Part shown: piece after piece, positions 1-9,200 of the stretch
Layout of the letters: every line of letters starts with the position of its first letter
Numbering within the stretch: the first letter of the stretch is position 1
Source of the DNA: a virus
Length of the DNA stretch: 64,000 bases
Reading direction: 5' to 3' (one strand)
IMG/VR virus record: IMGVR_UViG_3300031949_000008
Span: 46,228-110,227 of that record
The notes under the pieces: model-generated
What the model saw: only the letters and a program-made list of their open reading frames with translations
Databases searched by the model: none
Told to the model about the DNA's origin: nothing
Position numbers and translations under genes: made by a program

Positions 1-358
1 AATCTACTTCACGAAGAATTTGTTCATATCTTGCTAAGGTTTCGCCTTGATATATCTGTTTAGCAGGATTACCATCTGGTAATTTCCATACATTATCGTC
101 AATATTGCTTCCGACTATTATTCCTTTTTGTTTCAATGCTCTTGTAAGCATCAACGATTCTGGCAAATATTGCCGTTGCCACATTACGATATCTGCTTCT
201 GAGGAAGCTATTGCTTTTTCTAAAGTATATTCAATTCTTCCTTTAAGTAAATTATACTTATGAAAATATTGTAAAGGCAACCATTGCACGTGGAAAGAGG
301 GCCCGCTTTGGTCACTGGCCAAAAATAGCACTTTTAGTTGTCGATTTATATCATTCAC
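1..358 (-). CDS. Glycosyltransferase (GT-B/GT4-like) N-terminal part, truncated by the window edge
   Basis: Hand translation from GTG at 358 (after an AAGGAG RBS): MNDINRQLKVLFLASDQSG...ADIVMWQRQ...GIIVGSNIDDNVWKLPDGNP. The DIV..QR and IDD..W..P..NP pattern is typical of phage GT4-like enzymes. Not in the ORF track. Confidence 0.65.
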   Translation of the reverse strand, partial: MNDINRQLKVLFLASDQSGPSFHVQWLPLQYFHKYNLLKGRIEYTLEKAIASSEADIVMWQRQYLPESLMLTRALKQKGIIVGSNIDDNVWKLPDGNPAKQIYQGETLARYEQILREVD

Positions 359-397
359 AATCACTCCTTAAATCATTAATTTATAACATCTCCTATA

Positions 398-431
398 TAT
401 ATAAATAGGAGAATCACTCTTTTTGTGACAT
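398..431. promoter_or_regulatory. Bipartite motif copy 1 (minus strand ATGTCACAA-N14-CTATTTATATA)
   Basis: Occurs 5 times with an identical 14-nt spacer; here upstream of the glycosyltransferase gene. Confidence 0.6.
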
Positions 432-446
432 AAATTTATTAATTTT

Positions 447-489
447 ATACCCATTGATTAATAAATTGCTTAAATTAATCAATGGGTAT
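447..489. terminator. Hairpin / probable terminator after the structural operon
   Basis: Inverted repeat atacccattgattaat ... attaatcaatgggtat. Confidence 0.5.
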
Positions 490-537
490 ATTTCTAATGA
501 AATTAGATACTTAGGTAGGATTTAAGGTAGGATAAAC

Positions 538-933
538 TTAAGTTAAACTATGACCAAATGCAACAAATCGTACTGTAAATCCAGATAAATCAGTTGCACT
601 CGCTACTTCAGCAGCCATAACGGATGTGGATGGTGCTCCACCAGTTCCAGAAGTCTGCCCAAATGCCATGACTGTTTGATTGTCATAGTTATATTGAGCA
701 ACAAAAGACTGTCCTTTTCCTGCCACTCCTGCGCTAGGTTCTACTGAAAAGGTCACAAACATAATGTCAGCTAAGCCTACATCAGAAGCTGATAAAGCCT
801 CTCCACCAGTAATATAAGAAGAATCCATAACAAATTCTCCCATTGTCATTACGATATCATGACCAAATCCACCTCTTATAGGTCGTGCTGCTCCTACAGG
901 ATTATAACCTGTACGTGTAAAAGTAAGAGCCAA
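538..933 (-). CDS. Putative virion structural/decoration protein
   Basis: 131 aa, beta-rich, YITGGEALSASDVGL and EVASATDLSG patterns seen in small capsid-associated proteins. Confidence 0.4.
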   Translation of the reverse strand: MALTFTRTGYNPVGAARPIRGGFGHDIVMTMGEFVMDSSYITGGEALSASDVGLADIMFVTFSVEPSAGVAGKGQSFVAQYNYDNQTVMAFGQTSGTGGAPSTSVMAAEVASATDLSGFTVRFVAFGHSLT

Positions 934-991
934 ATTAATCGCCTCCTTTTATAATAATATTAATTACTTATACAATATTGTATATTGACCT

Positions 992-1177
992 TTATTCATA
1001 TTCCCCAAATGGATTATCTTTCTTCTTCTTTGCTGTTGATCTGCCTTCTATTCGTTTCTTTGATTCACGTACTGCACCAACACCAGGAATCCAAGAAGGA
1101 ATATAATCTAAAACATTTTCTACAGTAGATTTCTTCTTTGAAACTTCAGGTGTTTCATTTAATGTTTCATGTGCCAT
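992..1177 (-). CDS. Small basic hypothetical protein
   Basis: ORF with AAGGAGG RBS, Lys-rich. Confidence 0.5.
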   Translation of the reverse strand: MAHETLNETPEVSKKKSTVENVLDYIPSWIPGVGAVRESKKRIEGRSTAKKKKDNPFGEYE

Positions 1178-1190
1178 ATTTTTCCTCCTT

Positions 1191-1376
1191 TTAATAAGAT
1201 AGAGATTTCAGGTCTTCTTGCTTAGATTCTTCAAGGTCAATTTTAGGGAATGGACCTATTCTACGTGGTTTTACTGGTAAATCTTCTATACTATAAAGTT
1301 TTCCAACTTTAAATCTCTTCTTTATTCTATTTTGTTCTGCATTATATGCTTTATCAATTTCTGCTAATGTTGGCAT
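1191..1376 (-). CDS. Small hypothetical protein
   Basis: ORF coupled to neighbours. Confidence 0.5.
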   Translation of the reverse strand: MPTLAEIDKAYNAEQNRIKKRFKVGKLYSIEDLPVKPRRIGPFPKIDLEESKQEDLKSLSY

Positions 1377-1687
1377 TATTTATCTCCTATTTTATCCAAT
1401 AATTTATAAATTAAATCAAATATCATATTCTGAGTGGAAATCATATAATCTAAAAATGGACTTAATTGATTAAAATTATTAGTCTTTTTAGCAATCATAT
1501 TAGATAGAATTGTTTCTTTAGAATTCTGTAATCCTAATGAAAATCGTTTCATAGGACTAGACCAATTAGGATCTGATATATTTCCAAGATCATTAGTTCT
1601 AGGAATCTCAATTTCATCTTGGTCAACTGGTAATATCCCAAATATATCTTCTATACTCATTTTCATTCTTTTCATTTCTAAAGCCAT
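1376..1687 (-). CDS. Hypothetical protein
   Basis: ORF in operon. Confidence 0.5.
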   Translation of the reverse strand: MALEMKRMKMSIEDIFGILPVDQDEIEIPRTNDLGNISDPNWSSPMKRFSLGLQNSKETILSNMIAKKTNNFNQLSPFLDYMISTQNMIFDLIYKLLDKIGDK

Positions 1688-1695
1688 ATGATCAC

Positions 1696-2160
1696 CTACT
1701 TTAGAGCGATAAATTGACTCTTTCTTAATGCTTTTTCAATCAATGCTAATTGTGTACTTTCAGAAGCCGTAAGTCCACTTACACCCGTTTCAATAATAAC
1801 ACTTTGCGCTTGTACTGGTTGTGAATATTTAATCTGTACATTATAATTTCCTATAGTTGATATGAAAGGATCTTCACCAGTATCTGTTAGTAAGATACCG
1901 CTAGTGACAGTAAGTGTATGACTGGCCTCTTGTGGTCGAATTCTCCATCCATTCATCAAGAAAATATAAGTTGCAACATAAGTATATGTAGCTGCATTAA
2001 CTAATTCCCCACCAACGACAGAAAAGGTCATTAGATACTTACTTCCGCCTTCATCTCTGACCCAATCTTTCCATCTAGAATATAGATCTTTTACATCTAT
2101 TCCTGTTACACTTTCTGTACAAATAATGAGTTTAGTAGTTCCATCAAATATACATGACAT
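1696..2160 (-). CDS. Putative virion structural protein
   Basis: 154 aa in the tail-appendage cluster; DLYSRWKDW...FLMNGWRIRP. Confidence 0.45.
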   Translation of the reverse strand: MSCIFDGTTKLIICTESVTGIDVKDLYSRWKDWVRDEGGSKYLMTFSVVGGELVNAATYTYVATYIFLMNGWRIRPQEASHTLTVTSGILLTDTGEDPFISTIGNYNVQIKYSQPVQAQSVIIETGVSGLTASESTQLALIEKALRKSQFIALK

Positions 2161-2169
2161 AAATCACCA

Positions 2170-3759
2170 TTACGTTGGATTCTGATAATTTCTTTCGAGA
2201 GCGGAAACTAATGAAATTGAATTAGCTGTAGTTCGTGCAATAGTTCCAGTAGTTTTAACAAATTGAGAACCACTTAATCCTAATGCCACAGCTGTTATTG
2301 GTGCATCTGATCCAGATGTTCTGCCGCCTTGTATATTTGAATCATATTCAAATGTTAACTGTACAGATGACCTACTGGAAAGTAATTCTGACATATTCTC
2401 TGTAATCGTTCCACCAATATCAGCAGTATATGCCTCATCACCAGCACAACTTAGATATGTAAATACAACAGAACTTGGAGTAGAAACTACAACATGAACA
2501 CCGTTATATGCAGAACCACCAACACTTGCAATTTCAATACCATCACTTGCAGATAATCCATGTGCTGCAGCAGCTGTAATACTAGTTGTACCAGAACTTC
2601 TTGCACGAGCACTAGTACCGACAGTCTCTGCAGTATTTACTAGTATTGCATCACTATCTCCATAATCACCACTAGGAATACTAGTAAAATATACCCAATA
2701 TTTTGCTGTTGTATCATTTACTAAATTTTCTCCAAAATTCACAGCCAATACAGCTGTATATGGAAATGTTCTTTCTGTTTGAGTATCATCAACAAATACT
2801 AACCTATTAATATCTGCACTTTGGAAATTATCAATATATGTTCCACCTGTTGGTGTAATTGTATAGAATTCTGTATACATTGTATCACCAACAAACCGTA
2901 GCAAATCAGGTGCAGTCTTTCCAATTTGAGTACCAGCACCAATATCAATATCAGAATCAAGTATTAATAAATAATGTACTCTTTGATATATCTCTTCGGC
3001 TGTAAGTTGTGCACCATCTATAATCACATGAAAATCTCTATTAGTACCACCAATATCCCGTTGCTGTGCTGCAGCATACCATGTTATTGAACTATCTGTA
3101 TAAGGTGCGCCTGACATAGAAGATGCTGCTAAAGTAACTTTAATATCTGTTGCATTAGATAAAGGAAAACGATAAGCTTGATATGTTAATGTAGTAACAC
3201 CAATATCATCTAATTCAGATGCTTCATATGATTTACCCCATGTACGACAAAATAATTTAAGATATGTTCGATAATCAAATACTCCAGGTACTCCACCAGA
3301 TGAATAAACACAGATTCCTTCATTTACTGGGCCAGTTAATTGAAAATTTACAGCAGCACTACCAGCTTCTGTTGCAGCTCCTTGTTGAAAATATACTTGA
3401 TCAGCAGCGCCTAAACTTCCTAATGTTACAATACCTGCCCATTCCTGTTCAGATATACCAGTAGTATTTTTCTTGGCCCAACCACCAGTACGTAATAAAT
3501 ATCTTGTAGTATTATCAGCCCAATCCCATGCATTAATCATTTCAAATTGTTCATCGGTAATTGGCCCCATAGGAAAGGTATATTTAATATAAGTCTCATT
3601 AGATTTCCACAGTTCTTTAAGTTTAGAGTAAACACATTTTATTGTTACTCCATCTGTAGAAAGATTTCCAGCTACAAGTAATTGTATAGTTTTACTGCCT
3701 GGAGTTATTACAATTTCTGTTCCATCATTTAATTGATCAGGATCTGTTATTAAAGGCAT
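2170..3759 (-). CDS. Putative virion structural (tail appendage) protein
   Basis: 529 aa, Thr/Ser/Gly-rich beta composition; C-terminus ERNYQNP resembles the neighbour's DRQYQNP. Confidence 0.5.
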   Translation of the reverse strand: MPLITDPDQLNDGTEIVITPGSKTIQLLVAGNLSTDGVTIKCVYSKLKELWKSNETYIKYTFPMGPITDEQFEMINAWDWADNTTRYLLRTGGWAKKNTTGISEQEWAGIVTLGSLGAADQVYFQQGAATEAGSAAVNFQLTGPVNEGICVYSSGGVPGVFDYRTYLKLFCRTWGKSYEASELDDIGVTTLTYQAYRFPLSNATDIKVTLAASSMSGAPYTDSSITWYAAAQQRDIGGTNRDFHVIIDGAQLTAEEIYQRVHYLLILDSDIDIGAGTQIGKTAPDLLRFVGDTMYTEFYTITPTGGTYIDNFQSADINRLVFVDDTQTERTFPYTAVLAVNFGENLVNDTTAKYWVYFTSIPSGDYGDSDAILVNTAETVGTSARARSSGTTSITAAAAHGLSASDGIEIASVGGSAYNGVHVVVSTPSSVVFTYLSCAGDEAYTADIGGTITENMSELLSSRSSVQLTFEYDSNIQGGRTSGSDAPITAVALGLSGSQFVKTTGTIARTTANSISLVSALERNYQNPT

Positions 3760-3774
3760 CTTTTATGTCACTCC

Positions 3775-5334
3775 TTAAGGATTTTGATATTGTCTATCTA
3801 TTTGTTGTGCAATAGGCAAGCTAGAATTAGCATCTAATAATAAATAATCTTCTACACGATAATATTCATAATCTACTTTATATACAACAATATCTACATA
3901 TGTACTTGCAGAATAAGTATAACTATATTGAAAAGTTGTATCAGAACTTTCACTTCCACCCAATTCAGTTGGAGGTGGGCCTGATTGATCAAAAATACGA
4001 ACTTCACTACCAGAAACTATACCGGTTAAAGTTAGAGTTCGTTGGCCAGTAACTATTTGGGTTGTAGCACCTGAACCATTTCTATATGATGGTACATCTC
4101 CTCCATCAATAGTCAATTTTACGTGTTGTCCAGAGTTATTATAAATTGATTCATTACCACTAGTTCCACTAACACCAGTTCCACCAGCAACATAATTAGA
4201 ATATGTTAATCCTGTTAATACATAAGCAGCACTTGCACCTAATGTTGGAATTTCTAGTGCATGATTACTTCCATCTGATATAAATGAGGTATTAGAAATT
4301 AATCCTGGATTATCAGATAAGATAGATCGTGAATCACGTGTGTTATCAAAAAGACATCCATTAAGTGTTGCACCACTTTGATATACAGATGCACATCGAT
4401 TCATTGTAGTTGAATATATTGTACTATTTGACTGTAATGAAAATGTATCCATATCAGTAAATACACAGCCAGTCATTTGAATAGTTGCATTATCAATCGC
4501 AGATAATGCTCCTCTAGACACAGTGCCTAATGCTGTAAAGTTTATATTCTTCCAGCCTATACTAGATGTAGCCTCGCGCATATCAATACGATTAAATCCA
4601 GATGTAACTTTTCTAGTATTTGCTATAACTATATTTTTATTTTCATCATAGAAATTAATAGCACTAGTTCCATAGCCTAATGTCATTAATCCAAACCATT
4701 GGTATCCACCAGATATAGATTGGAATATACCCCACCTATTAGATACATAATCTGCGCTAGTTGCGAATCCTGAAAATGTACATTGATTGCCTACTTCTCC
4801 ATTGCTAAGGCGCATTTCGCCCCGACCATAACGCAGTCCATCTATGCCATGAGGTGCGCCTTTTAATGTACTAACAACATTCGCCAATGAGCCAAACCAC
4901 TGATTAGTACTTGTTGGTGATCCACCTGTTATTTCTGGTGTGACTGATCGGCATACAGGAATACATTCCCAACCACCATATTGATATGTATCAGAACCTC
5001 TTATAATCCAACCAAAGGTATTCGCTTGGCTACTGCCAATTAATACAGATCGGCCACTACTGGTCTCTGTTTGTATATTATTAGGTGCACCAAAATAATA
5101 CCAACCAATAACTGCATCATCAGCATTAAGGGTGATGCCAGTAACATTATTATATACTATGCCACAGAAACCTGCACCAACAGCTTGTGCAATACATGAA
5201 GCACCTTGTATAAAATAGTCAGTTTCAACGGCTGGAATACCACCAGCTTTCCATGTTGAATGTTCAACCCATGTACCAAGAACTTCACCTAAACTTATCT
5301 CTGTTAAATCATTAGAATAGTAAGGTACAGCCAA
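3775..5334 (-). CDS. Putative tail spike/fibre with beta-helix-like region
   Basis: 519 aa, repetitive short beta-strand pattern (GCVFTDM, GCLFDNT, NTSFISDG). Confidence 0.5.
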   Translation of the reverse strand: MAVPYYSNDLTEISLGEVLGTWVEHSTWKAGGIPAVETDYFIQGASCIAQAVGAGFCGIVYNNVTGITLNADDAVIGWYYFGAPNNIQTETSSGRSVLIGSSQANTFGWIIRGSDTYQYGGWECIPVCRSVTPEITGGSPTSTNQWFGSLANVVSTLKGAPHGIDGLRYGRGEMRLSNGEVGNQCTFSGFATSADYVSNRWGIFQSISGGYQWFGLMTLGYGTSAINFYDENKNIVIANTRKVTSGFNRIDMREATSSIGWKNINFTALGTVSRGALSAIDNATIQMTGCVFTDMDTFSLQSNSTIYSTTMNRCASVYQSGATLNGCLFDNTRDSRSILSDNPGLISNTSFISDGSNHALEIPTLGASAAYVLTGLTYSNYVAGGTGVSGTSGNESIYNNSGQHVKLTIDGGDVPSYRNGSGATTQIVTGQRTLTLTGIVSGSEVRIFDQSGPPPTELGGSESSDTTFQYSYTYSASTYVDIVVYKVDYEYYRVEDYLLLDANSSLPIAQQIDRQYQNP

Positions 5335-5667
5335 TTAGTCTGTTATCTCCTTTTCAGTGTTATCAAAATAATAACAGCCAGCCACTATATCTGCAGTACT
5401 TGGTGGATAAGCTTTACAAATCGCTGGACGTTTTTCATAGATTAAACATCTACTTCTATCCTTAGATAAATAAGGACATGGCCCCATAAATAGAATTAAT
5501 TGTCCATTATCCATCCTTTCCACACGAGACGCCCCGACTCTTCGCATAGCAAATTCTGCTTCTGCATTAGTCATTAATGGATCTAAACGAATCCATGTGA
5601 TCAAACAACAATTACCACATCTTTTACAAGTTCCTTCAGATTTCTTTTCTTCCATTATAATAGCCAT
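5335..5667 (-). CDS. YkgJ-family cysteine-cluster (CxxCxxCC, Zn/Fe-chelating) protein
   Basis: CKRCGNCC...CPYL...RCLIYEKRPAICKAYP. Confidence 0.8.
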   Translation of the reverse strand: MAIIMEEKKSEGTCKRCGNCCLITWIRLDPLMTNAEAEFAMRRVGASRVERMDNGQLILFMGPCPYLSKDRSRCLIYEKRPAICKAYPPSTADIVAGCYYFDNTEKEITD

Positions 5668-5689
5668 TATAACGCCTTAGTTAGGCGGA

Positions 5690-5938
5690 TCATCCGCCTA
5701 ACTTGAAGACAATATTAAAATAATCATATGTTAATATTGTTCGATTAGTCCATGCGGTGATATATGGAGATGCGTTACTTCCACGACAATATCTTACTTC
5801 CACGACAATATCTATATCTGTTACTTTTATAATATACCAATTTCCAATTCCATCTAAATATCCATAGTATTCTGGTGAAGATATTGAATCCATATCTGAT
5901 ATTGCGTAACCATCTTTAATAAATAATTGTTTTGACAT
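5690..5938 (-). CDS. Hypothetical protein
   Basis: 82 aa ORF in operon. Confidence 0.5.
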   Translation of the reverse strand: MSKQLFIKDGYAISDMDSISSPEYYGYLDGIGNWYIIKVTDIDIVVEVRYCRGSNASPYITAWTNRTILTYDYFNIVFKLGG

Positions 5939-5970
5939 GTCACAAAATCCTTGCTCAAACTACTTATATA
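5937..5970. promoter_or_regulatory. Bipartite motif copy 2 (plus strand ATGTCACAA-N14-CTACTTATATA)
   Basis: Same motif and spacer as the other four copies; opposite orientation to copies 1, 3, 4 and 5. Confidence 0.55.
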
Positions 5971-5997
5971 AGTGAAAACTGAGTGAAACGAAAGTAT

Positions 5998-6240
5998 TCA
6001 CTTTATAAACAATTTAATAAATATAGCCGTACAGACACTAGCAATAATACCCATCATAGCACCCCACATAGATGCCTTTGTTTTTAAAACAGCTTGATCT
6101 ATAACACATAAATCCAATTTAGTATCTATATGTACAAGAGCTGTTTTAAGTTCTTGATGTACTATATCATTAGTATTTAATCGTTCTACAATCTGTCCTA
6201 ATATATAATTAAGATCTTTACTAAGGTCTTTATCTTCCAT
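5998..6240 (-). CDS. Small membrane protein (holin/hemolysin XhlA-like)
   Basis: Coiled-coil N-terminus plus one C-terminal hydrophobic helix. Confidence 0.45.
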   Translation of the reverse strand: MEDKDLSKDLNYILGQIVERLNTNDIVHQELKTALVHIDTKLDLCVIDQAVLKTKASMWGAMMGIIASVCTAIFIKLFIK

Positions 6241-6242
6241 AT

Positions 6243-9200
6243 TTATTCACTTTCTGATTCAGTCTGTGGCGCTGCAGACCACATGGAACGTTCAGCAATA
6301 GTTTCTATTTTGCCAAACTTATTAGGCATTAAAAATTGATTTAATTCATCTACACGCTTCTGCATAGGTGCTCTAAGATGTTTTGGAAGTCTTTCTATCT
6401 GTGATTCCAGGTATGTCTTAGTTTTGTGTATTCTATGATACTTATATAGTTCTGAATAAGTTATTACTACATTATGGTCTTTAGCAGATTGAAACATCTT
6501 TCGAACATCTTCCATACTACCTTTATCCAGAGCTTTAATACCTTTAAGGACTAAATCTTGTTTCTCTTTCTGATATTCGTCTGCTTGATCTCTCATTTGT
6601 TGAGTCAAATCATAGACATGTCTAGGGCCTACAAATGGCATACCCATAAGATCCATCATAGCAATAAGTGGACTTGTTTCCATAACTTCTAATTCACGTT
6701 TTCCTGCTACTTTATATCCTCTCTCTAAATCAGTGAATGTCTTCAAAACTTTCTTACCATATCTAAATTGTGGTACTGAAAGAATTCCTGCTGCATTTAT
6801 AACGTCATCAGAACCCTTTGACCTATCTTGTTCAGTCTGGCCAAATGTCATATTATATGTACCTTTCATCAAATCCCAGGGTACGGAGAATAATTTTACT
6901 GGCATTAAACCCACACCAAAAATAGAACCAACATCCAATCCTAATTGAGCTAAAGCTGTTGCTATTGTTAATTGAAATCCCATATATAATGCAAATCGAG
7001 TTGTTTTAGCAATATCACCACTTTTAAGTCCATCTGTTAATCCTCGTGCAATAAATTGTACAGTATTTGCTGGGTAAGACCAGAAAATAGTACTTATTTT
7101 AGCCAGTGGGCCTCTAGTAAGAGGATTTCGCATAACTTTAGAATATCCATATTGAGACTGAATAGTATGCTTAAAAGCATTCCAATATGCATCAGGAATG
7201 ACTAAATCAGGCACACCTTCCATTGCTCTAAGTAGTCCTAATCTAACACCTTTCTCAAAACTCAAACCTTTTTCTCCAGCTTCACTTAAAGCTGATTGAA
7301 AAGCCAAAAATTTATTGAAATGTTCAGTTGCTCGCATTGGTGTAAGTGCCATATCAGCAACCCAATTATAAAAAGCACCAGTTTTTGCTAAAGACCCTTC
7401 GGCTTTACCCCATCTACCTTTAAGAGTTTTAGCAACAGGTTCACCTTCATAGTATTCTTCTGCACCAAGTAAGATATCAAACATTCTACGATCTTCTGTT
7501 GAGCCTTTTTTGAAAAAGCCCTTAAATTCTTTATCTGTTATCATTGAATGCAACCCCTTAGCAAATGCACCTGGACCCTCATTTACAAGTGTTTGTACTG
7601 ATTGCATAATATTACGAATAGCAGTATCTGGACCTAATGCTCCACGTGCAACCTGACCAGATATCTTGCCAGCCATCCAAGTTGGAAAATTAGGATTAAT
7701 AACATCTTTTCCAATCAAACCATTTAATCTTTCTGTTTCTTGACTAAGCCAACGAGCACCTACTGTACGGGTTCCAAGTGCTTGTTTTACCTGACGTTCC
7801 ATATACCAACGAACTGATCTAGGTATATCACCACGTGGATAAGCATTCATTATAGGAGCAGCTTCATGTTTCATTAATGCATCTGCTTCTTTATTAATCA
7901 TAGTATAGATATATTGTCTTAATACTTCTTGTGCGTCATATTTAAATAATAGTATATCTCCACCTGTTCTTGCTTGTAAATGCTGATTGAATGTCTTTTT
8001 ACTTGTTCGTTCTTGAACATCAGAAGGTAAAAATGCCCATTCATCATAGATACCTTCATGCTGTAGAACATCATATCTTATTCTATTCTTCTCATAACTT
8101 GAGAGATTATTCCAAGAGTCTTTTCTTATTATAGATTTTATTTCATTAAACTCTGCGTCTTCTAACATAGATTTACCTGCCACAATATATCTATCTGGAA
8201 TACCTTTAGAATTTGTATCTTTATTATAAGGTCTATTATTCTCAATATTACTCCACATCCCTCTTATTTTCTTATAAGTATTCTCCATATCTGCAATTAG
8301 GGGGAAATATTTATTAATAAAGAATCCACGTTCTCGTAAATCATGCATATCACCAAATGTATCCAAAAATTTTACAATTTCTTGTTTTGCTTCAATAATT
8401 AATGGATTATTAGAGGCATTTATACGTGCTTTAGAATAACCTTTAGTTTCAGCAATAAATTCATTGCCTAAAGCTTCTCGTAATGCTTTTGCATTAGGTT
8501 GTGCATTAATCTTTGCAAAAATCTTATTTAATCGACTATCCTCACCATAAACTAATTTTTCTTTTAAATATCGCTTCACCATTTCAGTTTTTATGGTTAA
8601 TTCCTGTAATTTAACTATATCTGGATTAGCATTGGCCATACTTTGTCCAAGAATATCAGTTGGTTTTACCATAGGAACTTCGCCTTTAGCAATTGCTGCG
8701 GCTGCATTTGGGTCTGTTTGTGCTACTGCTTGAGTTATCTTTGCTTGAGTTTCGACTTGTTTTATCTCATTAGTTTTAGTTATTTTTGATATTCTTCCAA
8801 GTTCTTGTTCCATCTGTTCTGCATGCATAGCAGTTATTTCTCGTTCTTTGAGTTTTAATGTATCTGCATCCATTATATCTTTCATTGCAGAAGACACATT
8901 TTCTCTAGAAATACTTTTATTAGCACCTTTTCTAGCCGCAAAAGTCTGATAAATTGCTACAGTTTTGGCTCTTAGACGCTGACCCATCTCCTTCAATAAG
9001 TCAATATCTATACCACTTCTTAACTTTATACCATCAGATATACCTTTACCTTGATTTGCATAGTAAGTTTCTATAGTTTTTGAAAATTGTTCTTTAAAAA
9101 ATTCTGATTGAGGAATACTTAATGTTTCAGGTAATATAGATCTTACAGGTTTATTTAAATGTTTATCAGTTATAATAACTTCTGCTACAACCTTTAAATT

